The notes under the pieces: generated by a model
Seen by the model: the letters and a program-made list of their open reading frames with translations, nothing else
Told to the model about the DNA's origin: nothing
Databases searched by the model: none
Made by a program: the position numbers and the translations under genes
Assembly: GCA_963806855.1 (NCBI GenBank)
Contig: CAWDYW010000001.1
Coordinates: 1,152,001-1,216,000, forward strand
Length of the DNA stretch: 64,000 nucleotides
Origin: an uncultured Verrucomicrobiae bacterium
GTDB lineage: Bacteria; Chlamydiota; Chlamydiia; Chlamydiales; Rhabdochlamydiaceae
Direction: 5' to 3'
Shown: positions 9,695 to 18,825 of the stretch, piece by piece
Position numbering within the stretch: the first letter of the stretch is position 1
How the letters are laid out: each line of letters opens with the position of its first letter

Positions 9695-10501
9695 TTATAC
9701 TGTTGAGCTGTTTGTGCTATTTGTTGCGTTTACGAATGGCTCAACAATTGTGCTGTTTGTTGAATTAGTAGGACGGAAGTAATCTAGAACAGCTGAATTT
9801 GCATTCATGATTTTGCCGCCTACAAAAAGAGTAGCATCTTTAACACCTGTAACGGTGGCGCTAGCTGCATTGTAACTGCGATTGTATGCGTCTACTGTCT
9901 TGTCTGCTGCGTCTGAACCAAATGTAGCGACGCCAGCTTTTGAACCTTCCCAAAGAGCTTTAGCTGCTGGGATACCAACAAAGTAAGCAAGTGCTAGGCC
10001 GAGACCGATTTTAAATTTGTGATTAGAAGCGAATTGAGCCGCTGGACCTTTGTTAGTCCAAACGTAGTTAGCAGCAGCTTTAGAAGCTGCCCAAGCTCTT
10101 TGTGCTCTTGTAGGTGTTGGAACTACAGGAGTCGGTGTTGGAGCTGGAGCGTCTTTTTTCTCTTGAACTGATGCATAACCTAATGTCCCTTTGAGAGACT
10201 CTACAACTGCGCGACCGGCTAATTTAGTCGATGCTGCAAAGTAGCTAACAGGTTTGTCGGTGACAGGATAAAGAATAGATGTAACAGCTGTGAGAATAGC
10301 TCTAACAACTGTTTCAAGTGTAGCTAGTGCAGCAAGAGTCAGATTAACTGGAACTCTTGTGACAACTTTCAATCCATCTTTCATGAATCCATCAGTTCTT
10401 TTTCCATCTTCGTCTCTATTAACTGTAAAAGCGGTTTGTGCGCTATTTACGACAGAGGCGACGCTAAAACGTGTGTCTTGATCTGTAAATTGTACTGGCA
10501 T
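9695..10501 (-). CDS. Tandem paralog family member 4 (divergent)
   Basis: 268 aa; TDGFMKDGLKVVTRVPVNLTLAALATLETVVRAILTAVTSILYPVTD aligns by eye with members 1-3; ends NATNSTNSSTV. Confidence 0.85.
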   Translation of the reverse strand: MPVQFTDQDTRFSVASVVNSAQTAFTVNRDEDGKRTDGFMKDGLKVVTRVPVNLTLAALATLETVVRAILTAVTSILYPVTDKPVSYFAASTKLAGRAVVESLKGTLGYASVQEKKDAPAPTPTPVVPTPTRAQRAWAASKAAANYVWTNKGPAAQFASNHKFKIGLGLALAYFVGIPAAKALWEGSKAGVATFGSDAADKTVDAYNRSYNAASATVTGVKDATLFVGGKIMNANSAVLDYFRPTNSTNSTIVEPFVNATNSTNSSTV

Positions 10502-10635
10502 TTTATCTCCTTGGTATAAGAATTATTAAGCTTTTTTAATAACTCGTGGTTATTTTATAAAGCAATACGGAGATATTAGCAAATTCAGATTTAATACGTC
10601 AATTATTAAAAGTTATTTATGTGTTAGTTAAATTT

Positions 10636-11400
10636 TTATAATATGGATAGGTTAGAGGCAGCTTGCTCGTCGAGGATCCAAAGAGCTTTGCTCTCTTTGG
10701 TGCCGATCAGCTGGATGGGATATCGTTCAAATTGTTCTTCTGACTGAAAGACTTCTTTGACGGTTTGTTTTTTTGCAGCTCCAATTACGTAGATCACGAT
10801 ATTTTGGGCATGGTTGATGGCTTCATAGGTAAGGGTCATGCGCCAAGTGTTTTTTTGAGGAACGAAATTGGCGACGACAAGTCGATTTTTCACTTTTAAT
10901 GCTGCAGTTTGGGGAAAGAGCGACGCGGTGTGTCCATCTTCTCCCATCCCTAAAATAACCAAATCGAGCGGTCGATCATGCAAAGCGGCTTTGAGGGTCG
11001 ATTCATAGGAGAGGGCATTAATTTCAATTTTTTCTTCGGCTTTCATCCGAAAAATTTGTTCTTTAGGGATAGGCATCTTGGCAAAGCCGGCGTCCATCGC
11101 CATCTTGAAGTTGCTCTCCGGATCGGTCGGAGGGACGCTCCGTTCATCGCCCCAGAAAAGCCACACTTTTTTCCAGTCGATTTTGTCATCATAGGGGGGC
11201 GCGGTGAGGAGTTTGAAGACGGTTTTGGGGGTACTCCCTCCCGAAAGGGCGACATAAAATGCGCCGTGGTCTTCGATGGCACGCCGGCAGGTAGTGATGA
11301 AATGGCGGACGCAGACGTCGATGGCGGCAGCTTCATCGCCTGGAATGAGGAGATCGCGCCTCTCGTCCCAAGAATGGATTTTTAGGCTCTCAATCTTCAC
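10636..11400 (-). CDS. pgl: 6-phosphogluconolactonase
   Basis: ALSGGSTP, FWGDERSVP, LGMGEDGHTASLFP, RMTLT. Confidence 0.95.
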   Translation of the reverse strand: MKIESLKIHSWDERRDLLIPGDEAAAIDVCVRHFITTCRRAIEDHGAFYVALSGGSTPKTVFKLLTAPPYDDKIDWKKVWLFWGDERSVPPTDPESNFKMAMDAGFAKMPIPKEQIFRMKAEEKIEINALSYESTLKAALHDRPLDLVILGMGEDGHTASLFPQTAALKVKNRLVVANFVPQKNTWRMTLTYEAINHAQNIVIYVIGAAKKQTVKEVFQSEEQFERYPIQLIGTKESKALWILDEQAASNLSIL

Positions 11401-12459
11401 TTTAGCTGGACTCCTTGGATCTGCTGGAGCAGATGGATGTAGTGGCTGCTTGTCCCTCTATGGCATATCTCTTTGACTAAAGATTGGCCAGCTTCATCTT
11501 TGGGGAAGAGGTACAGCAGGGGAATGTCACATTTTTCAAGGGTCGAAAAACGCATGTGGACCCGGTGAGGTGTTTCGAGGTCACCGGCCGAATGAGAAAT
11601 GGCACTGTTCATCCGTGTGCAGGTCGACCGATAGGATGGCCCCCCCTTTTAACGTTTTATGCTTTTCGGGATAGAGGTTGATCACCACTTTGCCATTTTG
11701 CCGCTGATAAGTGAGGGAAATTTTCCCATTGTCGCGGTCGATTTTTTCCAGTTTCCAATTCAATTGGGTGGCTAGCCAGCCCTGAAGAAGGAGGGCTTGG
11801 ACATCGATTTGGCTTGGGAAAGGGGGCTGCTCGGCATTGTAGACGATTTCGATTTGGCTACAGCGCTGGAGATGAGTCAGCCGCTCCTCTGTATAGAAGG
11901 TTGAGGCGAGCAATTTGCGCCAGTTTTCCGTTCTGGCCCAGTTGAGGTCGCCGATGTCGAATTTATATTGGTTCTCTAGGGCGATGAGTGTTTTTGCAAA
12001 TTGGGAAAGGTTTAGGGCCCCTTCAGAGTCGAAAATCATCCGGGTGGCCAATGCCTTAAGTTCGGCAAAGAGGGGAGTTTGGAGTGCGGGGTCTTCGGCC
12101 CAGATGACATAGATGGGCAGATCAGGAAGGATGTGAGGCAAAATGACGAAGGGAACTCGCTCTTCGAGCTTCCCGGCTACTTCGATTTCGATAAAGTCGC
12201 AGACGGCCCCTTCATCGCCGATCTGTTGAACCGAGACCTGACTCCTGAGATACTCGGCCCCTTTGTCTGTATCGGAAATAATCATGATCACGCGCGAGGG
12301 AAATTTCTCGATCACTTTCTGCGAAATCGTTTTGATATAGTTCGCGCGACCAGTTTTTTTGGTGAAAAAGATCAGATTAAATAGGGAAGCGCGGATTTTG
12401 TTGCTTCCTTCGAGAGAATCCCAAATGCTGGCGAGCTGGGCTTCGATCGTAGCAGTCAT
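11397..12459 (-). pseudogene. opcA: OpcA-like glucose-6-phosphate dehydrogenase assembly protein; frameshift near 11585 (possibly an assembly error)
   Basis: RASLFNL, ILPDLPIYVIW, RMIFDS, DLNWART; lies between zwf and pgl; C-terminus in the 11397-11612 frame. Confidence 0.75.
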
Positions 12460-14003
12460 TAGAGGAGTCTCCATTTGCGGCCATCTCTGGCGATCATCTG
12501 TTCCGACTCCTCGGGACCCCAGGTGCCAGAAGCATAGTTGGGGAATTTCTCTGGCGCCGTTTTACTCCAATAGTTCAAGAGGGGAGTGAAGAGGGTCCAT
12601 GAGCTGAATACCTCATCTTCGCGGGCAAACAAGGTGTTGTCGCCTGCCATGCAGTCGAGAATGAGCCGTTCATAGGCCTCTGGAGGGGATGTTCCAAAAT
12701 AGGAGCCATAGCGGAAGTCCATTTTCACCGGTTGAATCGGGACTGGCAGGCCCGGGCACTTTACAGTTGATTTTGAGCGAGGTCCCTTCATCGGGTTGGA
12801 TCCGGATCGCAAGGACATTGGGTTCATTATTGTTCCTGTTTTGTTGAAAGAGGACTGCCAGGGGGATCTTTGAAATAATCGCGATCTCAGTAGGCTCGTT
12901 TGGGAAGGCGTTTGCCGCTGCGAAAATAGAAGGGGACTCCATCCCATCGCCAATTATCGATATAACAGACGCATGGCGACAAAGGTCTCGACATTGGATG
13001 TTGGGGTTGACATTGGCTCTTCCCGATAGCCGTGCACCGGCTCGCCATTGATAAAGCCATGCCCATATTGTCCCCGGATGACAGAAGTTTTGAAGTCCTG
13101 CTTCGGTAAAGGGGCGAAGTGCTTCAAGGACTTTGACTTTTTCATCGCGGATTGCATTGGCGCTGAGGTTGACCGGCGGTTCCATCGCGACAAGCGACAG
13201 GAGCTGCATCATGTGGTTTTGGACAATATCGCGGAGAAGGCCGGCCTCTTCCCAAAATGCCCCGCTGGTGCCAATGCCGATCTCTTCGGCCACAGTGATC
13301 TGCACATGGTCGATATAGCGATTATTCCAGAGCGATTCGAAAAGCGAGTTGGCAAAACGGAAGACCAACAGGTATTCTGCACGGTCTCTTTCCCTAGATA
13401 ATGGTCGATACGGTAGATCTGCGTCTTCCATGAATATTGAGAAGTTCATCTTGCAGAGCATGTGCGGAATCCAAATCGTGTCCAAATGGCTTTTCGATGA
13501 TCACGCGCGACCATTTGTCTTTGACGTCCTGGCATCGTAAATAAGCCCTGCCTTATGGAGCTTTTCGGCGATTGTGGTGAAGAAGCTCGGTTGGGTCGAA
13601 AGGTAGAAGACCCGGTTGCCTTTGGTTCCAATACGTGCCATCCGAGTCTCGGCCAAAAATTTCTGAAGTGCCAGGTAGCCTTCGTCGTCGTGAAATTCTG
13701 ATTCGTGATAGAAAATGTGCTGTTCGAAAATTGCTTCCAGACTGCTTCGTCGACAGGCTTCACTCTTGAGAATTTGTTGATCGCATCTTTCATCTCCTGG
13801 CGGAATTGCTCGTGCGTCTTGTCACGGCGAGCGAATCCGACCACAGCAAACTGGCTTGGAAGCTGTCCTTCGCGGGCTAAGTTGTAGATAGCCGGTAAAA
13901 GCTTGCGGGCTGTTAGATCGCCAGTTGCACCAAAAATCACTAGGATGCACGGATCGATGAAGCGGGTGGAAATTCCTGGTTCTTCAAGTGGATGGGAAGC
14001 CAT
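12459..14003 (-). pseudogene. zwf: Glucose-6-phosphate 1-dehydrogenase with multiple frameshifts (possibly assembly errors)
   Basis: VIFGATGDLTARKLLPA, LLRDIVQNHMMQLL, IRIQPDEG, PEAYERLILD spread over different frames. Confidence 0.9.
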
Positions 14004-14045
14004 AAAGTCCTTTTTGTGCTCAAGCAACTATGAAAGCACGACAAT

Positions 14046-14467
14046 TTATTTGTTGCAAGGGCTATCGAGGTAATTTTGCAAAATCACTCCAGCTGCCATC
14101 GCATCGATGTATTGAGTCCGCTTTTTGCGACTCATCTCGGCCTCTTTCAGCGTTCGTTCCACTTGTGCAGTGGTGAGCCGTTCGTCCCACAAAACGACCT
14201 TCTTCCCCGACAGCTCCTCTAGAATCAGGGCTAGCTCGCGCACCACCTTCGATCCGGGCTCTCTTTTCCGCTCATCATCAGCGGCAATCCGAGAACGATC
14301 GTTTCGAGGGGTTCAAAAGGTGCAAATTCCAATAAAATGGCTGCAGCAGTATCGCGGAGCTTCTTTTTGGTGGGGATGGCTTTTAAGGGAGATGCGAGGA
14401 ATTTTCCCGGATCTGACATGGCCAGTCCGATGCGTGCAGTGCCGTAGTCGATCCCTCCAATTCTCAT
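14046..14467 (-). pseudogene. ruvX: YqgF/RuvX pre-16S rRNA nuclease; frameshift(s) near 14250-14290 (possibly an assembly error)
   Basis: MRIGGIDYGTARIGLAMSD in one frame; WDERLTT..IDAMAAGVILQNYLD in another. Confidence 0.88.
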
Positions 14468-14470
14468 TTA

Positions 14471-14636
14471 ATACCCCGCGAGGTCAAAAATGGTAAAATT
14501 GGACCCACGCGAAAGCTCCCGGGGTTGACGTCGCAGAATGGGGTTTATATTGGAATTAATATTGACCCCATTCTGCGACGTCAACCGCGGGGCTTTGGCG
14601 CGGTCCACTTTAACCATTTTTGACCTCGAGGGGTAT
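14471..14636. mobile_element. 166-bp palindromic element (family B, RPE/ERIC-like) overlapping the pyrG 3' end
   Basis: ATACCCCGCGAGGTCAAAAATGGT...ACCATTTTTGACCTCGAGGGGTAT; inner arms GGTTGACGTCGCAGAATGGGGT/ACCCCATTCTGCGACGTCAACC. Confidence 0.75.
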
Positions 14637-16235
14637 CACGCGGCTCGCTGCAGCGGCGATGAAGTCGCGGAAGAGGGGATGGGGATCGGTTGGCTTCGAT
14701 TTGAACTCAGGATGGTACTGGACGCCGAGCATCCAGGGGTGATCTTTGATTTCAGCGATCTCGCAGAGGACATCGTTTTCCATCACACCTGTTAAGATGA
14801 GCCCGTTGTCTTCGCACTGTTTCTTATAGGCATTGTTGAATTCGTATCGGTGTCGATGCCGCTCAGAAATCATCTCTTTGCCATAGGCGGTGTGCGCTTT
14901 GCTTCCCTTGCGGACAGCGCAATTGAAGGCTCCGAGGCGCATCGTTCCACCTAAATTTTTTACATCGCGCTGCTCGCTGAGCAGTGAAATGACTGGATGG
15001 GGTGTCCTCTGATCCATTTCGGTGCTATTGGCATCTTTGAGATTGAGCACATGGCGGGCGAATTCGACGCAGAGTACCTGCATGCCGAGGCACAACCCGA
15101 AATAGGGGATTTTGCTTTCCCTGCAGTGCTTTGCGGTCAAAATCTTGCCCATCCAGCCCCGCTCGCCAAAGCCTCCTGGGACTAAATAGCCATGGCACTG
15201 GCCGATGTTGACTTTGCCATCTTCGATGATTTTATCCGATTCATAGGTCTCGATTTCGAGCTCAACTTCGTTGGCAGTCGCGGCATGCTGCAAGGCTTCG
15301 AAGACCGACTTGTAGGCATCTTTGTGTTCCAGGTATTTGCCGACGATCCCGATTTTGACCCTTTTTTTCGGATTGCGCATCCGCTCGAGCATTGTGCTCC
15401 ATTTGGTCAAATCCGCTTTTATTTTTGGCAGCCCTAATGCATCACAAATTTTCTGATCGAGCTCTTGGCTGTGGAGCGAAAGGGGCACCTCGTAGATGCT
15501 AAACTCCACATCGGCCTGATCGATGACCGACTCTTTGGGCACGCTGCAGTGGATACTGATCTTGTCTTTCACCTCTTCGGAGAGGCTGTTTTCGCAGCGG
15601 CAAAACAGGAAGTCGGGGATAATTCCGATTTGGCGCAGCACCATCACCGAGTGTTGTGTCGGCTTGGTTTTGATTTCGCCAGCAGCCTTCAAATAGGGAA
15701 CATAAGTTAAGTGGATGTTGATGCAATCGCGAGGTCGCTCATGACGAAATTGACGGATCGCCTCGAGAAAGGGGAGCGATTCGATATCGCCAGCTGTACC
15801 GCCAATCTCGACCAAAACCACATCGGTTTCGATCTGCTGATTAGACACATTGATGATCCGCTGCTTGATCTCATCGGTGATATGGGGGACAACCTGCACT
15901 GTCTTGCCCAAATAATCGCCTCTGCGCTCTCGTTTGATCACCGCCTCGTAAATTTGGCCAGAGGTGGCATTGGATAATTTGCAAAGGGGCGAATTGGAAT
16001 AGCGATAATAGTGGCCCAAATCGAGATCGGTCTCAGCGCCGTCGTCGGTCACATAGACTTCTCCATGCTGGAAAGGGTTCATGGTCCCGGGGTCGACATT
16101 TAAATAGGGGTCGAGTTTGAGTAGAGCAGTCTTCAAACCGCGTGCCTCGAGAAGCATCGCAATTGAAGCAGATGTAAGACCTTTGCCAAGTGAGGAGACG
16201 ACTCCTCCAGTAATAAAGATATATTTTGGTTGCAT
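14610..16235 (-). CDS. pyrG: CTP synthase
   Basis: KYIFITGGVVSSLGKG, DPYLNVDPGTMNPFQHGEV, GLCLGMQ, ERHRHRYE, QYHPEF. Confidence 0.98.
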   Translation of the reverse strand: MQPKYIFITGGVVSSLGKGLTSASIAMLLEARGLKTALLKLDPYLNVDPGTMNPFQHGEVYVTDDGAETDLDLGHYYRYSNSPLCKLSNATSGQIYEAVIKRERRGDYLGKTVQVVPHITDEIKQRIINVSNQQIETDVVLVEIGGTAGDIESLPFLEAIRQFRHERPRDCINIHLTYVPYLKAAGEIKTKPTQHSVMVLRQIGIIPDFLFCRCENSLSEEVKDKISIHCSVPKESVIDQADVEFSIYEVPLSLHSQELDQKICDALGLPKIKADLTKWSTMLERMRNPKKRVKIGIVGKYLEHKDAYKSVFEALQHAATANEVELEIETYESDKIIEDGKVNIGQCHGYLVPGGFGERGWMGKILTAKHCRESKIPYFGLCLGMQVLCVEFARHVLNLKDANSTEMDQRTPHPVISLLSEQRDVKNLGGTMRLGAFNCAVRKGSKAHTAYGKEMISERHRHRYEFNNAYKKQCEDNGLILTGVMENDVLCEIAEIKDHPWMLGVQYHPEFKSKPTDPHPLFRDFIAAAASRVIPLEVKNG

Positions 16236-16276
16236 GATTTCCTTCCACAAGTTTACGCTGACCTGCGGGAAAAAAT

Positions 16277-16359
16277 CAACGCAAAGACGCAAAAACGCAA
16301 AGACGCAATAAAAAATTATTTTTTTTCCTGCGCCTTTGCGTCTTTGCGTCTTTGCGTTG
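16277..16359. repeat. Palindromic repeat family A, copy 2
   Basis: CAACGCAAAGACGCAAAAACGCAAAGACGCA...TGCGCCTTTGCGTCTTTGCGTCTTTGCGTTG between divergent pyrG and sdaA. Confidence 0.85.
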
Positions 16360-16420
16360 TAAATTCCTTGCCCATTATAGCCCGAAATTGATAATGAGGG
16401 TGTCTTAAGCGAGGTTTTTT

Positions 16421-17800
16421 ATGGCCGTTTCTCTCTTTCAAATTTTTTCTGTCGGCATCGGCCCCTCTAGCTCTCATACTGTAGGGCCAATGCGCGCCGC
16501 TTATCAATTTATTTCTGACATCGAAAAAAATGGTCGCCTCAATGAAGTTGCCAACATCCGCGTCGAACTTTTTGGCTCCCTGGCGATGACTGGCGAAGGA
16601 CACAAGACCGACATCGCCGTTTTGCTCGGCCTTGAAGGGGAAAAACCTAGCGAGTGCGATCCGGCCGCTGTCGAACATCGAGTCAATTTTATCATCAATA
16701 ACTGCACCATCAATCTCCTCAATAAACGGATGATCTCGTTCCACAAAGATACTGATCTTCTTTTCCACAAAGGGCGACGCCTTCCCTACCACTCTAATGC
16801 GATGCGCTTCAAAGCCTTTGACGAACATGGAGCCGAGCTGTGCAAACAGATTTTCTATTCTGTCGGCGGCGGGTTCATCCTTGATCACGAACAGATTTTT
16901 GCCTCCGCAAATGGCGATGATGAGCTCCAAGTTCCCTACCCTTTCACCACCTGCGAAGAGCTTCTCGCCTACTGTCGTCACGAGGGAAAAACCATCTCTG
17001 AGATCATGCTCGCAAACGAAATGACCTGGCGCACCGAAACTGAAATCCGCCGGGGAATTCTCCATATTTGGGGCGTGATGCAAGCAGCTGTGAATCGGGG
17101 CTGCGAAACACAAGGGATCCTCCCCGGTGGCCTCGGCATCAAACGGCGCGCCTACGACCTTCTGCGCAAGCTCGAAAAAGCCATTAGTCACCACTCTTCT
17201 GTTTTCGATTGGGTCAGCCTCTTCGCCCTCGCCGTCAATGAAGAAAATGCCGCTGGCGGGCGCATCGTCACCGCTCCGACCAATGGGGCAGCCGGAGTGA
17301 TTCCCTCTGTCCTCCACTACTACATGAAATTCTGCGATAGCCCAAGCGTCGATGGCGTGGTCGACTTCTTCCTCACCGCCGCAGCGATCGGCGTCCTCTA
17401 CAAAGAAAATGCCTCCTTCTCCGCCGCCGAAATGGGATGCCAAGGGGAAGTTGGAGTTGCCTGTTCGATGGCCGCCGCAGGCCTTGCCGCAGCCCTCGGA
17501 GCCACCAATGCGCAGATCGAAAATGCGGCCGAAATTGGAATGGAGCACAACCTAGGGCTCACCTGCGATCCAATCGCCGGCCTTGTCCAAGTGCCCTGCA
17601 TCGAGAGAAATACCATGGGCGCGCTCAAAGCGATCAACGCATGCCGTTTGGCGATGCACGGCGATGGGGAGCACCGCGTTTCCCTCGACCAAGTGATTAA
17701 AGCCATGTACCAGACCGGCCTCGACATGAAGTACGAGTACAAAGAGACCTCCGAAGGGGGGCTCGCCATCCACGTCCCAGTCAATGTCCCCGAGTGTTAG
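16421..17800 (+). CDS. sdaA: L-serine ammonia-lyase (Fe-S dependent)
   Basis: [63 protein letters not shown]. Confidence 0.97.
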   Translation: MAVSLFQIFSVGIGPSSSHTVGPMRAAYQFISDIEKNGRLNEVANIRVELFGSLAMTGEGHKTDIAVLLGLEGEKPSECDPAAVEHRVNFIINNCTINLLNKRMISFHKDTDLLFHKGRRLPYHSNAMRFKAFDEHGAELCKQIFYSVGGGFILDHEQIFASANGDDELQVPYPFTTCEELLAYCRHEGKTISEIMLANEMTWRTETEIRRGILHIWGVMQAAVNRGCETQGILPGGLGIKRRAYDLLRKLEKAISHHSSVFDWVSLFALAVNEENAAGGRIVTAPTNGAAGVIPSVLHYYMKFCDSPSVDGVVDFFLTAAAIGVLYKENASFSAAEMGCQGEVGVACSMAAAGLAAALGATNAQIENAAEIGMEHNLGLTCDPIAGLVQVPCIERNTMGALKAINACRLAMHGDGEHRVSLDQVIKAMYQTGLDMKYEYKETSEGGLAIHVPVNVPEC

Positions 17801-17923
17801 TCACATTATCAGCAACTTATTGATAATTAGCCTGTTATCAGTTTAATTAAAATTAAAAATTGAATTTTATGTGTGAGTATGTAATAATTAATTACATAAA
17901 CAAATAAAAATTGGAGGTTAATA

Positions 17924-18769
17924 ATGTTTAATTCAATTACTGAATCAACTGCTCAACTACCACTTGAGCCGGCAACGAGCTTTGCTGACGAAGCTGAAGT
18001 GCCAGCTTGTCATCCCTTGATTCTTGAGCGACTTCCTCCTGGGGATTTATACAATGCAAGATTGGTTTGCCGTGTATGGAATGAGATCGTCACGGGATTT
18101 CTCAAAGTTACTCATCTTTTCCCTAAAACTCCTTTTATAGGTAAACGCAGCTGGGAGGCTCATGTTGATCTTAAGAAATATGGGTTAGAGTGTGAGCAGC
18201 CAGAGGTCCCATGTCTTTCTAAAAAGCATGATTGGTTCATTTTAAACCAAATGGACAATGAAAGTGAACAAGGAATCTCTTTTGTAACGCTTCCAAAAGG
18301 GCTCACTTTAAGAAAAGTCATTGAAGTCGCAGGGGATCCTAAGCGAGGAAATGCGATGAAAATTCAAGGTATATCAAAGGAGCTTATTGAAGAAATCGGA
18401 GATGTGAAAATTGAAAAAACGGTCACAGTGGCGGTAACGAATGGCCCCTTTAAAGGAACCAGGGGGCCTGCTTTTTGCGATCAGGGACCTGTGATCAACA
18501 TGAGACACAACTGTAGCACGCCCAAAGCATTAACATTACTAACTCTGGCAGTCATGAGATTTATGATTTCTAATCCCAAAGAGCCTGTAAGAATTCTCAA
18601 TGAAGATCCTCCGATCTTCATCAAGTGTGAGGAAATGAGTGAAGGAAGGCAAGTCGTCTTAGGTGCTTTTGATCAAGAAGGGCCGCAAATGTACGATGGT
18701 CACCCAATGGGGGCGGATCGTTATGCTCTCGGTGGTCAGCGGGCGCTTGAGAACCCTCCTGGCAAGTGA
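17924..18769 (+). CDS. F-box-like domain protein, candidate effector
   Basis: ILERLPPGDLYNARLVCRVWNEI; GGAGG RBS; AT-rich upstream region. Confidence 0.75.
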   Translation: MFNSITESTAQLPLEPATSFADEAEVPACHPLILERLPPGDLYNARLVCRVWNEIVTGFLKVTHLFPKTPFIGKRSWEAHVDLKKYGLECEQPEVPCLSKKHDWFILNQMDNESEQGISFVTLPKGLTLRKVIEVAGDPKRGNAMKIQGISKELIEEIGDVKIEKTVTVAVTNGPFKGTRGPAFCDQGPVINMRHNCSTPKALTLLTLAVMRFMISNPKEPVRILNEDPPIFIKCEEMSEGRQVVLGAFDQEGPQMYDGHPMGADRYALGGQRALENPPGK

Positions 18770-18825
18770 ACTCTTTACATTCTCCTAAATCTCCGATATC
18801 CTTTGATTTTTCGGAGGTTTTCCCT

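Noticed and set aside
16236..16292. N-terminal extension of PyrG in the ORF track
   Set aside because: Starts inside repeat family A; homology begins at ATG 16235, which has a GGAAGGA RBS.
16316..17548. 410-aa minus-strand ORF
   Set aside because: Antisense shadow of sdaA running into repeat copy 2; no recognisable motifs. The same applies to most short overlapping ORFs in the track.
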